A stretch of 64,000 nucleotides of DNA from an uncultured Bacteroidota bacterium (GTDB taxonomy: Bacteria; Bacteroidota; Ignavibacteria; UBA10030; UBA6906): NCBI GenBank assembly GCA_963700635.1, contig CAVOYH010000004.1, positions 96,001 through 160,000 on the forward strand, given 5' to 3'. The translations under genes were made by a program, and so were the position numbers. Under the pieces are notes generated by a model. That model saw only the letters and a program-made list of their open reading frames with translations, did not search any database and was not told the origin of the DNA. Shown here piece after piece: positions 51,106 to 60,829 of this stretch. Numbering within the stretch: position 1 is the first letter of the stretch; every line of letters begins with the position of its first letter.

Positions 51106-51990
51106 ATGGCAGCTCGGCGAATTGACGGCAAACTGATCGCAGAACAGATCAAAGGCGAAGTCCGCGCCGGTGTGGAGCGCCTGATGAAGGAGCGCCAGAT
51201 CAGGCCGGGCCTGGGGTTCATTCTCGTCGGTGAGAACCCCGCTTCCCAGGTCTATGTGCGTTCGAAAGGAAAGGCGTGCGAAGAGCTGGGAGTGCGTTCG
51301 GAAACGTGCCGGCTGCCGGCTGACACGACCGAAGCAGATGTCCTGGCCCTGATTCGTTCATGGAATGCTGATCCCCTCATCCATGGGATTCTGGTACAAC
51401 TTCCCCTCCCGCGGCACATCAATGAACAATATGTGATTGAGGCCATCGATCCCCGGAAGGATGTGGACGGATTCCATCCGATGAACGTCGGACGTCTGGT
51501 GATCGGTATGGAATGTTTCAAACCATGTACCCCTGCAGGCATCCAGGAATTGCTTGTACGCAGCGGCCACGATCCGGCCGGAAAGCATGTCGTGGTCGTG
51601 GGGCGGAGCAATATTGTCGGCAAGCCCGTTGCAAATATCCTCCTTCAGAAGGCGAAAGGAGCAAACGCCATCGTCACCGTGGCCCATACCGCCGCACATG
51701 ACCTGGCGTCGCTGACCCGTGAAGCGGACATCCTGATTGCTGCCGTGGGAAAGCCTGAAGGGATTACCGGCGAGATGCTCAAACCGGGGAGTGTTGTCAT
51801 CGATGTCGGGATCAACAGGATACCGGATTCTGCCTCCCCCAAAGGATATCGACTTGTCGGCGACGTCGACTTTGTCTCGGCCGAGCAGGTTGCGGCTGCG
51901 ATCACACCTGTTCCGGGCGGAGTTGGACCGATGACCATTGCAATGCTCATGCACAACACCCTTCTGGCGGCGCAGCGGCTGACGGGCTGA
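51106..51990 (+). CDS. folD: Bifunctional methylenetetrahydrofolate dehydrogenase/cyclohydrolase
   Basis: YVRSK, VQLPLP, KDVDGFH, PCTP, GRSNIVGKP, TPVPGGVGPMT. Confidence 0.97.
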   Translation: MAARRIDGKLIAEQIKGEVRAGVERLMKERQIRPGLGFILVGENPASQVYVRSKGKACEELGVRSETCRLPADTTEADVLALIRSWNADPLIHGILVQLPLPRHINEQYVIEAIDPRKDVDGFHPMNVGRLVIGMECFKPCTPAGIQELLVRSGHDPAGKHVVVVGRSNIVGKPVANILLQKAKGANAIVTVAHTAAHDLASLTREADILIAAVGKPEGITGEMLKPGSVVIDVGINRIPDSASPKGYRLVGDVDFVSAEQVAAAITPVPGGVGPMTIAMLMHNTLLAAQRLTG

Positions 51991-52065
51991 GTACTTTCGG
52001 AGCCCCGCCGGCAGAACCCCCTTCCGCGCATTATCCCGTGGACACCCCCCGATAACCGCTGTTTC

Positions 52066-52094
52066 TTGCTAATCCGGTTCATTTTCCGTACCTT
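52066..52094 (+). promoter_or_regulatory. Sigma70-type promoter for the pruA operon
   Basis: TTGCTA-N17-TACCTT. Confidence 0.5.
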
Positions 52095-52163
52095 TTAGTA
52101 CTTACGTTCTTCCTCCCACTGCGGAACCTTCGATTATTCGTACAATCACTTCACGAGGCACGT

Positions 52164-53723
52164 ATGGCGCTCCCGAAATTTAAGAACGAAGTCACTCTCG
52201 ACTTCACAAAACCAGCGAATCGACAGAAGCAGGCGGCGGCTCTGGCTCGGGCCCGTGCAGATATGGGCAAAGAATACCCCATTCTCATCGGCAGCGAACG
52301 TATCATCGTTGATGAGAAATTTAAGTCCTACAACCCTTCCAGGTCCGCCGAAGTTGTGGGAGTGTTTCAAAAAGGGAATGCGGCATTGGCGAACAAGGCT
52401 GTGGAGGTTGCCCTGGCGACCTTCGAGGAGTGGAAGCTCGTGCCGGCCAGCAAGCGCGCACAGTATCTTTTTAAAGCCGCCGGGCTCATGCGGAAGAAAC
52501 GATTCGATCTGAATGCGGTAATGATTCTTGAGGTCGGCAAATCCTGGCCGGAAGCGGATGCCGACGTCGCAGAAGCCATTGACTTTCTGGAGTTTTACGG
52601 TCGTGAGATGCTGCGGTACGGGGCAGACCATCCGGTCGTCAAGAATCCGGGAGAAAAAGGAAAGCTGGTCTATGTCCCTCTCGGCGTGGGCGTGGTGATC
52701 CCGCCGTGGAATTTTCCTCTGGCAATTCTGGCAGGCATGACGTCGGCGGCGATTGTTGCCGGCAATACCGTCGTCTTGAAGCCATCGAGCGACTCTCCCC
52801 GTATCGGGTGGGCATTTGTCGAGCTTATGCAGGAGGCCGGCTTACCCGCCGGCGTGTTGAATTTTTTGTCGGGTCCGGGAGGCGCCGTGGGGGATACCCT
52901 GGTCCTGCATCCCAGGGTCCGGTTTGTGACGTTCACCGGCTCGAAAGAGGTGGGTATTCACATCAACGAGGCGGCGGCGAAGGTGCAGCCGGGACAGATA
53001 TGGTTAAAGCGGGTCGTGGCTGAAATGGGCGGGAAGGACAGCATTCTTGTGGACGAAAGCGCCGATTTCGACGCTGCAGTTTCCGGCGTGGTCGCGTCCG
53101 CGTTCGGCTTTCAGGGGCAAAAGTGTTCGGCCTGCTCCCGTGCCATCGTCGTGGAGAAGATCTATGACCGGTTTGTTGATGCAACCGCCAGGCAGGTGGA
53201 GGCGTTGACGGTGGGTGATGCGGAAAATCCGGACAATTACATGGGTCCGGTCATAAACGAACGTTCCCGCGAAAGTATACTTGAATACATCCGGAAGGCG
53301 GTGAGTGAGGGAGGGAAGATTGTTGCCGGCGGCACAATCGTGGGCGAAGGGGGATTCTTCCTCCGTCCCACGGTCATCGCGGACGTTGATCCCCAGGCAA
53401 CAATTGCCCAGGAAGAAATATTCGGGCCGGTGCTTGCGGTGATCAAAGCCAGGGATTTTGATCATGGAATGCAGATCGCGAACAATACTGAATTCGGTCT
53501 CACCGGCGCAGTGTACACAAAGAACAGGAAGCGGTTACGACGCGCGGAACAGGAGTTCTTCGTCGGGAATCTGTATCTGAACAGGAAATGCACCGGGGCA
53601 CTTGTGGGCGTGCATCCGTTTGGAGGATTTAACATGAGTGGTACGGACTCGAAGGCCGGCGGACGCGACTATCTGCTCCTGTTTCTTCAGGGCAAATCCA
53701 TCGCCGAGAAAAACATTCACTAA
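52164..53723 (+). CDS. pruA: L-glutamate gamma-semialdehyde (P5C) dehydrogenase
   Basis: EAIDFLEFY, PWNFP, FTGS, EMGGKD, GQKCSACSR, EEIFGP, TGALVG, PFGGFNMSG. Confidence 0.93.
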   Translation: MALPKFKNEVTLDFTKPANRQKQAAALARARADMGKEYPILIGSERIIVDEKFKSYNPSRSAEVVGVFQKGNAALANKAVEVALATFEEWKLVPASKRAQYLFKAAGLMRKKRFDLNAVMILEVGKSWPEADADVAEAIDFLEFYGREMLRYGADHPVVKNPGEKGKLVYVPLGVGVVIPPWNFPLAILAGMTSAAIVAGNTVVLKPSSDSPRIGWAFVELMQEAGLPAGVLNFLSGPGGAVGDTLVLHPRVRFVTFTGSKEVGIHINEAAAKVQPGQIWLKRVVAEMGGKDSILVDESADFDAAVSGVVASAFGFQGQKCSACSRAIVVEKIYDRFVDATARQVEALTVGDAENPDNYMGPVINERSRESILEYIRKAVSEGGKIVAGGTIVGEGGFFLRPTVIADVDPQATIAQEEIFGPVLAVIKARDFDHGMQIANNTEFGLTGAVYTKNRKRLRRAEQEFFVGNLYLNRKCTGALVGVHPFGGFNMSGTDSKAGGRDYLLLFLQGKSIAEKNIH

Positions 53724-53741
53724 ATGGAGAAGGCCTGAGCG

Positions 53742-54903
53742 ATGAAAGTCCACGAACACCAGGGGAAAGAAATTCTTAGACGATTTGATGTTGCGGTGCC
53801 CGCCGGACAGGTCGCGTACTCCGTCGAGGAGGCCGTCGGCGCCGCCCGGGCTCTGGGGGGAACGGTCTGGGTGGTAAAAGCTCAAATTCATGCAGGCGGC
53901 CGCGGGAAGGGTGGCGGTGTCAAGAGTTGCCAGGTCTCCGGAAGAGGTCCGGACCTTCGCCGGTCAAATGCTCGGCATGCGCCTGATCACGCATCAAACT
54001 GGTCCCGAGGGCAGAATCGTCAAGCGACTCCTGGTAGAGCAGGGTGTTTCGATCGCAAAAGAATTTTACGTCGGCATCACGCTCGATCGGGCCTCATCCC
54101 GGACGGTGGTGATGGCTTCGACGGAGGGGGGCGTGGAGATTGAGAAGGTAGCCGCGGAAACCCCCGAGAAGATACTCAAAGTGTTTGTGGACCGGAGTGC
54201 AGGGTTCCGCATGTACCAGGCGCGTGCTTTGGCATTCAGTCTCGGGCTTACGGGGGACGTTCTGAAAAACGCCCAGAAATTTTTTGTGGCCCTGTACCGC
54301 GCGTATGAAGAAATGGACTGTTCGCTCGCCGAAATTAACCCCCTTGTGGTCACCACGGAAGGGCGGGTGTTAGCCCTTGACGCCAAGATGAACTTTGATG
54401 ACAATGCGCTCGACCGCCACCCGGATGTCCTCGCCCTGCGGGATACCGATGAAGAAGATCCGCTTGAAGTGGTGGCGTCGCAGGCCAATCTCAACTACAT
54501 CAAACTCGACGGCAATGTTGGATGTATGGTAAACGGCGCCGGGCTGGCGATGGCCACCATGGATATCATCAAACTGGCGGGCGGTGAACCGGCGAATTTC
54601 CTCGATGTCGGAGGGGGAGCGAGCGCGGAAACGGTGGAAGCGGGGTTCAAGATCATCCTCGCCGATCCGCACGTGAAAGCGGTGCTGATCAACATCTTCG
54701 GGGGCATCGTGCGGTGTGATCGTGTCGCAACCGGAGTCGTGGAAGCTGCGCGGAAAGTCAAAGTCGAGATTCCGGTTGTGGTCCGGCTGGCAGGGACCAA
54801 CGCTGACCTTGCCGGGGACATCCTGGCAGAATCTGGAATGAATTTCCTTGTTGCCAAGAGTCTTAAAGATGCAGCACACCGGGTGACGGAAGCAATCGCC
54901 TGA
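53742..54903 (+). CDS. sucC: Succinyl-CoA ligase beta subunit; apparent +1 frameshift at about 53922-53925
   Basis: MKVHEHQGK...[16 protein letters not shown], then in the next frame VARSPEE...[39 protein letters not shown]. Confidence 0.92.
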
Positions 54904-56378
54904 CCGGTCACGCGACATATGAAGCAGTCATCGGGCTTGAGGTGCATGCCCAGTTGTTGACCGCAAGTAAGGCCTTCTGCGGATGTTCTGCGGCGTTCGG
55001 GAATGCGCCAAACTCAAACGTCTGCCCCGTGTGCCTTGGTATGCCGGGGACATTACCGGTGCTGAACCGGAATCTGGTCGAATACATCGTGCGGATGGGC
55101 CTGGCGACAAATTGCCGGATCGCGGCCCGCTCGATCCTTGCGCGGAAGAACTACTTCTACCCCGATCTTCCGAAGGGATATCAGATCTCGCAATACGAGG
55201 AGCCAATCTGCACCGGGGGAAATCTTGTCATTGATCTGGATGACGGATCACGGAAGCACATCGGGATCACGCGCATACACATGGAAGAGGACGCCGGAAA
55301 ACTCATCCATGATCAGGGTTCAACAACGCTGGTCGACCTTAACCGGTGCGGCGTCCCGCTGATCGAGATCGTCACGGAACCGGACCTGCGGTCCCCGCGT
55401 GAAGCATACCACGCACTTGTGCGGATCCGTCAACTCGTTACGTATCTGGGCATCTGCGACGGGAACATGGAAGAGGGCAGCCTGCGCTGTGATGCAAATG
55501 TGTCCGTGCGGAAAAGGGGGACCGACACTCTGGGGACAAAGACGGAAGTGAAAAACATGAACTCCTTCCGGAATGTGGAGCGCGCGCTGGAGTTTGAAAT
55601 CGGACGTCAGATCGCCCTCGTGGCCGACGGCGGCGCTGTGGTACAGGAGACGCTGCTCTGGGATGCCGATGCCGGTATCGCCCTGTCCATGCGCAGCAAA
55701 GAAGAAGCTCATGACTACCGGTATTTTCCCGACCCCGACCTTGTCCCGGTTCTTGTGGAGGAACCATGGCTCACCTCCCTTCGTACCTCGATGCCCGAGC
55801 TGCCTGTGGCCCGGCGTGACCGGTATTGTGAGACGCTGGGACTTCCGCGCTACGATGCAGAAGTGCTGACGGCCGAACGCGAGATCGCGGACTACTACGA
55901 ACAGACGTTGCAGGCCACGACTGGTCCTGCTGCGCCGGCGTCCGGCGACCTGGCCAAGACGGTGAGTAACTGGGTGATGACGGACATCCTGCGCGTGGTC
56001 GGTGAACAGAACGCCGCTCTACCCTCCTTTCCGATTTCTCCGGAACGCCTGGCAGGGATGATCCGTCTTATCCTGGACGGCACAATCAGCGGGAAACTGG
56101 CTAAAGAGGTCTTTGAAGAGATGCTTGTTTCGAAAGAAGAACCGGAAACGATCGTCCGCCGCAAGGGACTGGTGCAGGTCACGGACATCGCAACGATTGA
56201 GGAGAGCGTAGTCCGTGTTCTTGAGCTTAACCCCGGGCAGGTGAAAAAATATCTGGAAGGAAATGAGAAGATCTTCGGGTATTTTGTCGGTGAGACGATG
56301 AAGTTGATGCACGGGAAAGCAAGCCCCAGGGTCGTGAATGACCTGTTGCACCAAAAACTTCACCTGATGAAGGGGTAG
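54900..56378 (+). CDS. gatB: Asp/Glu-tRNA amidotransferase subunit B (probable CTG start)
   Basis: [13 protein letters not shown] upstream of ORF-track start; [50 protein letters not shown]. Confidence 0.96.
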   Translation: MTGHATYEAVIGLEVHAQLLTASKAFCGCSAAFGNAPNSNVCPVCLGMPGTLPVLNRNLVEYIVRMGLATNCRIAARSILARKNYFYPDLPKGYQISQYEEPICTGGNLVIDLDDGSRKHIGITRIHMEEDAGKLIHDQGSTTLVDLNRCGVPLIEIVTEPDLRSPREAYHALVRIRQLVTYLGICDGNMEEGSLRCDANVSVRKRGTDTLGTKTEVKNMNSFRNVERALEFEIGRQIALVADGGAVVQETLLWDADAGIALSMRSKEEAHDYRYFPDPDLVPVLVEEPWLTSLRTSMPELPVARRDRYCETLGLPRYDAEVLTAEREIADYYEQTLQATTGPAAPASGDLAKTVSNWVMTDILRVVGEQNAALPSFPISPERLAGMIRLILDGTISGKLAKEVFEEMLVSKEEPETIVRRKGLVQVTDIATIEESVVRVLELNPGQVKKYLEGNEKIFGYFVGETMKLMHGKASPRVVNDLLHQKLHLMKG

Positions 56379-56379
56379 C

Positions 56380-57294
56380 ATGTACGAATTCCACCGTATG
56401 CTGGTCCCGACAGACTTTTCCAAACATGCCGAAGAAGCGCTTGAGTACGCCGTGCTGCTTGGTGAACGTTATAAGCCGGACATCGTTCTGCTGCATGTTG
56501 ATGAGTTTATGGTCTCCCCGATCGGTGCCGGGGATGTGAAGGACGAGGTGGTGCAGGCATACCTGACGCGCAAGGAGAGATTTTTTGAGGAGCAGTTCGC
56601 GCGGATGCGTCGGGGCGTGGAGGGGAGATCCGTACACCTGATCCCGCAGGTGATTGCTGGCCGTGCATACAAAGTGATTGCAGAAGAGGGTGAAAAGAAA
56701 GACTTTGATCTTATCGTGATGGCGACACGGGGGCTCACGCATCTTTCTTCGGATCTTATCGGCAGCACCGTCGAGCGCGTCGTCCGGCTTTCCCGCCAGC
56801 CCGTCCTGACAATCCAGCAGGCTCCGAAACATGGAGGGAATCTGACATCAGTATTGTGTCCGACCGATCTCTCCCCCGCAGGCAATGCAGCGCTTTCCTA
56901 TGCGTTGTCCATCGCACGTCAGTACAAAGCGGTTCTCTACCTTCAGTATATTTCGGAACTCGAGAAGCCGGAAACTCTTGAGCAGGTCCTCGGCCGGCTG
57001 CCCGATCTGCACGAACATCATCCCCTGTTCAAAGACGTGAAATACGAACTGATCGTCGACCGTGATGTGGAACCCAGTAATTCCATCATCCGGTTCGCTG
57101 AAGACCGTGATGTCGGCATTATCGTGATGTCGACGCATGGCCGCAAGGGACTGAGACGCGTGCATATCGGCAACAACACGGCAGAAGTTGTGCGCCAGTC
57201 CGTCCGCCCGGTTCTTACCGTCACCCACCCATTCCATAAGCGGATATTCGCTCACCCCGTGACCGAGCAGCGACGATCTGGTGTTTCCACGTAG
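56380..57294 (+). CDS. Universal stress protein (tandem USP domains)
   Basis: LVPTDFS...DLIVMATRG...IGSTVERVVR; LCPTDLS...MSTHGRKG...IGNNTAEVVR. Confidence 0.9.
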   Translation: MYEFHRMLVPTDFSKHAEEALEYAVLLGERYKPDIVLLHVDEFMVSPIGAGDVKDEVVQAYLTRKERFFEEQFARMRRGVEGRSVHLIPQVIAGRAYKVIAEEGEKKDFDLIVMATRGLTHLSSDLIGSTVERVVRLSRQPVLTIQQAPKHGGNLTSVLCPTDLSPAGNAALSYALSIARQYKAVLYLQYISELEKPETLEQVLGRLPDLHEHHPLFKDVKYELIVDRDVEPSNSIIRFAEDRDVGIIVMSTHGRKGLRRVHIGNNTAEVVRQSVRPVLTVTHPFHKRIFAHPVTEQRRSGVST

Positions 57295-57353
57295 TTCAAA
57301 GGATGTATTCGTTATCCATAAAGAATCCGTTCACCATTCGTGAGGTGTAGCAG

Positions 57354-58115
57354 ATGCGTACGATGATCATTGCCGGTAATTGGAAGATGTACAAGGACAT
57401 TCATGAGACAAAAGAACTGATTATGGCGCTCACGTCAGCCGTTCCTTCACTCCCGGGGCATGTGCAGTCAGTTGTCTGCCCCCCGTATCCGTCACTCGCA
57501 CTGGCAGGAGATCTCTTGCAGGGATCTGCCTTCCACCTGGGTGCTCAGAATATGTCCCAGCACGAGGAGGGGGCGCATACGGGCGAGGTTTCGGCAAAGA
57601 TGCTCAAAGCGACGGGATGTACCTACGTGATTCTGGGTCACTCCGAGCGCCGGCAATTCTATGGCGAGACCAACGAACTCGTAAACGCAAAAGCAAAAAA
57701 AGCGCTGTCTGCGGCTCTGCGTCCGATTATCTGCGTAGGTGAGACTCTGGATGAGCGGGAAAAGGGAGTCATGGCACAGGTGATTACCACGCAGATAAAG
57801 GGGGTTCTTGCCGGCATTTCTCCTCAGGATATGGCCAGATGCGTGATCGCGTACGAGCCTGTGTGGGCCATCGGAACAGGGCGGACAGCCACTCCTCAAC
57901 AGGCACAGGAAGTCCATCAGCTTATTCGTAAGCTTATTGCTCACCAGTATGACTGGGCTCTGGCGGAGAAAATCACCATCCAGTATGGTGGGAGCGTGAA
58001 GCCTGACAATGCGGCAGAGATACTGTCGCAAAATGACGTAGACGGAGCCCTTGTTGGGGGCGCCTGTTTGAAGGCGGACTCATTTTCTGCGATAATCAAG
58101 GCTTCGGGAGGATAG
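57354..58115 (+). CDS. tpiA: Triosephosphate isomerase
   Basis: AGNWKM, GHSERR, AYEPVWAIGTG, YGGSV, LVGGA. Confidence 0.98.
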   Translation: MRTMIIAGNWKMYKDIHETKELIMALTSAVPSLPGHVQSVVCPPYPSLALAGDLLQGSAFHLGAQNMSQHEEGAHTGEVSAKMLKATGCTYVILGHSERRQFYGETNELVNAKAKKALSAALRPIICVGETLDEREKGVMAQVITTQIKGVLAGISPQDMARCVIAYEPVWAIGTGRTATPQQAQEVHQLIRKLIAHQYDWALAEKITIQYGGSVKPDNAAEILSQNDVDGALVGGACLKADSFSAIIKASGG

Positions 58116-58129
58116 TGCTGGATTTCTGG

Positions 58130-58158
58130 TTGCTTTCCGGCGGTTTTCATCGTATATT
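58130..58158 (+). promoter_or_regulatory. Sigma70-type promoter for GH2-smc
   Basis: TTGCTT-N17-TATATT. Confidence 0.5.
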
Positions 58159-58197
58159 AACAAGGATAGACTCGAAAAACCTACCGCACATCACACA

Positions 58198-60829
58198 GTG
58201 GGCTTGATTCCGGTTCACAGGTCGGCGTTCATAATACGTTGCGTATCCCTTCTCGGACTACTCGCCCTGCCGGTTAGTTACGCCGGAATTCCTAGATTTC
58301 TTGAGAATGGTACACCAGGCAATCCCGAGGTGAGAGGGTCATATCTCTCTCCCACCCCCACGCGAACAATTATTTGGCTTGGGGGGACGTGGAACTATGC
58401 CGTCGAAGCGGGGGAATCAGGAACAGTCACCGTTCCCGTTGCGGCCGATTTTGTAGGAAAAATCGATTTCCAGCGTGGATTTGAAGTGCCTGCTTTTGCT
58501 CTGGAAAAGTACCAGTGGCAACTTGTCATCTTCGGCTCAAACTACAACACCGACGTCTCCGTCAACAATGAGTTTATCGGTACGCATGCCGGCGGTTACA
58601 CGAGCTATATCCATCCGGTCCCGCGGGAGGTGCTTCAGCCGGGACGCGACAATGTACTCCGCCTTGTGGTGAACAACCAGCTCGATGGCCGGTCAACCAT
58701 ACCGCTGCGGCATCTTGTGTGGGGGTGGCACAACTATGGAGGAATCCACCGGGAAATCGCTCTCGTTGGAACCCCACTGCTCTTCATACGGGATGTCCAG
58801 ATCACCGCTGCGCCGGTCGGCCCGACCACCGGTGCGCTGCGGATTACTGTGGCTCCCCAGCTTGAAGGGGAGCTGGATAGTGTTGCGCGGCTCGTCCAGC
58901 AGGACCGGAAGTCAGTATTAGGATTTCAGGTTGAACTTGTCGAGACACTTTCCGGCGCGAGTGTGGGACGCAGCGTGTTGCAGCCTCTTCACTATGCCGA
59001 CAGAAAGTGGACGGGGGGGGGGAGCGGAGGTTGTTGTGCAGAATCCGCTTCTGTGGAGTCCGGATAAACCCGATCTCTACATGCTCCGTTGTCAATTGGT
59101 GTTTGTCACGGGTTCAGGCACTACGATCATTGACGAATATACCATGCCGTACGGGTATAAAACTCTTACGCTGGAGAAGGGCGATTTTGTCCTGAACGGA
59201 AAGCGTCTTGTACTCCGTGGTGTGACCTGGTACGAAGACCATCCGGTTTGGGGAAATGCTATGCCGTATGAGGAGCGCGAGCGAGACATTATCATGATGA
59301 AGATGCTCGGTGCAAATGTCGTCCGTTTTGCACATCATCCGCCGCATCCGGTAATGCTCGATTTGTGTGACCGGCATGGTCTGCTGGCGATGGTGGATCT
59401 CCCTGTTGTCGGAGCACCGGCCGCTGTCCTTACAAATGAATCATATCTGGACGGTGCTTCGATGATGCTGAGGGAGATGATTCAACGGGACCGGCACCAT
59501 CCTTCGGTGTTGGCCTGGGGACTCGGCGACGAGATTGAGGTATCCAGCGGCGGGGTAAGGCCTTTTGTAAAGTCGCTGGCACAGGTTGCGCGGTCTCTGG
59601 ATGCACGTCCGCTCTATCTCCCTCTCCGACTCGGAGTTCTGGATTCGGTGAGTGATCTGGTAGACATGGTCGCGTTAAGCATTTATGGGCACGATTTTAA
59701 GTTCCTCAAGGCTTCGATCGAACTGGTGCGAAGCAGTCATCCCGGCCGCCCGATAATCGTCGCCCGGATTGGCACAGAAGTGGATCCTGAAAATCTTCAC
59801 GGGTATAACGACCCCCTGTCGCAGCAGGCTCAGGCCCGGTTCTATCTCCAGCGTCTGAACCTGTTCCGATCACTTGATCTTGACGGTGCGATCCTCTGGT
59901 CTTTTAATGACTGGCGCGCCGACCGGCCGGCGCTTACGATACACACCGGGAATCCCTGGATACACCGCATGGGTCTGGTGAGCGACCGGCGGGAGAAGCG
60001 ACTGGCCTATGATGCTGTACGGTCGGTGTTTCGGGGGGAGAAGGCCGCACCCCTGCCGGCGGGATCACATGCGGTTGCGACGCCGATTGTCTATGTGCTT
60101 GCCGGATTCGTCATCCTTATTCTCCTCGCCTATGTGTACAACGCAAGCCGGAGATTCCGGGAGTCGGTGAATCGGTCCGTGATGAGCGCCTATAACTTCT
60201 TCACCGATGTTCGTGACCGGCGTTCAGTTTCAGTGATCCACACAACCTTTCTTGCGCTTATCGTGTCGGTGGCGACGGCCATTGTCAGCTCAAGCGTGCT
60301 TTTCCATTTCCGTGACAGCCTGTTTCTTGATAATCTTCTCTCGTACCTTCTCGTCTTTGATGATGTGAAAGCATTCGTGATCTTTCTGATCTGGGATCCG
60401 CTCCAGTTTATCCTGGCGGGATCGGCTTTCTTTATGGTTGTGTTGATTGTTCTCAGCGGACTGGTCCACGTAGTACGGGCCATGGTGAAGAGTCGGGTGT
60501 ATGCCTATCACGCCTACACTGCCACCATATGGTCCACGACGCCGCTTCTGGCGTTTATTCCGATTGGGATGATCCTGTTTCGTGTCATGGAAGGCAAGAT
60601 GTATGTGGTGCCTTCGCTCGTGATCATTGTCATGTTCGTGGTCTGGGTGGTGGCACGAATGTTTAAGGGAATATCCATTATCTATGATGTGTACCCGCCG
60701 AAGGTCTACGCTGTGGGGGGACTCGCGCTCCTGTCGGCCTTTGGCCTGCTCTATTTGTATTACGACATTGTACAATCGGCTCCGATGCATCTTTTATTCC
60801 TCTTCTCGATGGTAGGTAGCGGCCGGTAA
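58198..60829 (+). CDS. Glycoside hydrolase family 2-like protein with C-terminal multipass membrane domain; +1 frameshift in a G10 tract at 59013-59022
   Basis: HAGGYT, NYGGIHRE, LWSPDKPDLY, FVLNGK...LRGV, ANVVRFAHHP, CDRHG, RDRHHPSVLAWGLGDE; about 6 TM helices at C-terminus. A G9 tract would join the two ORFs. Confidence 0.8.
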
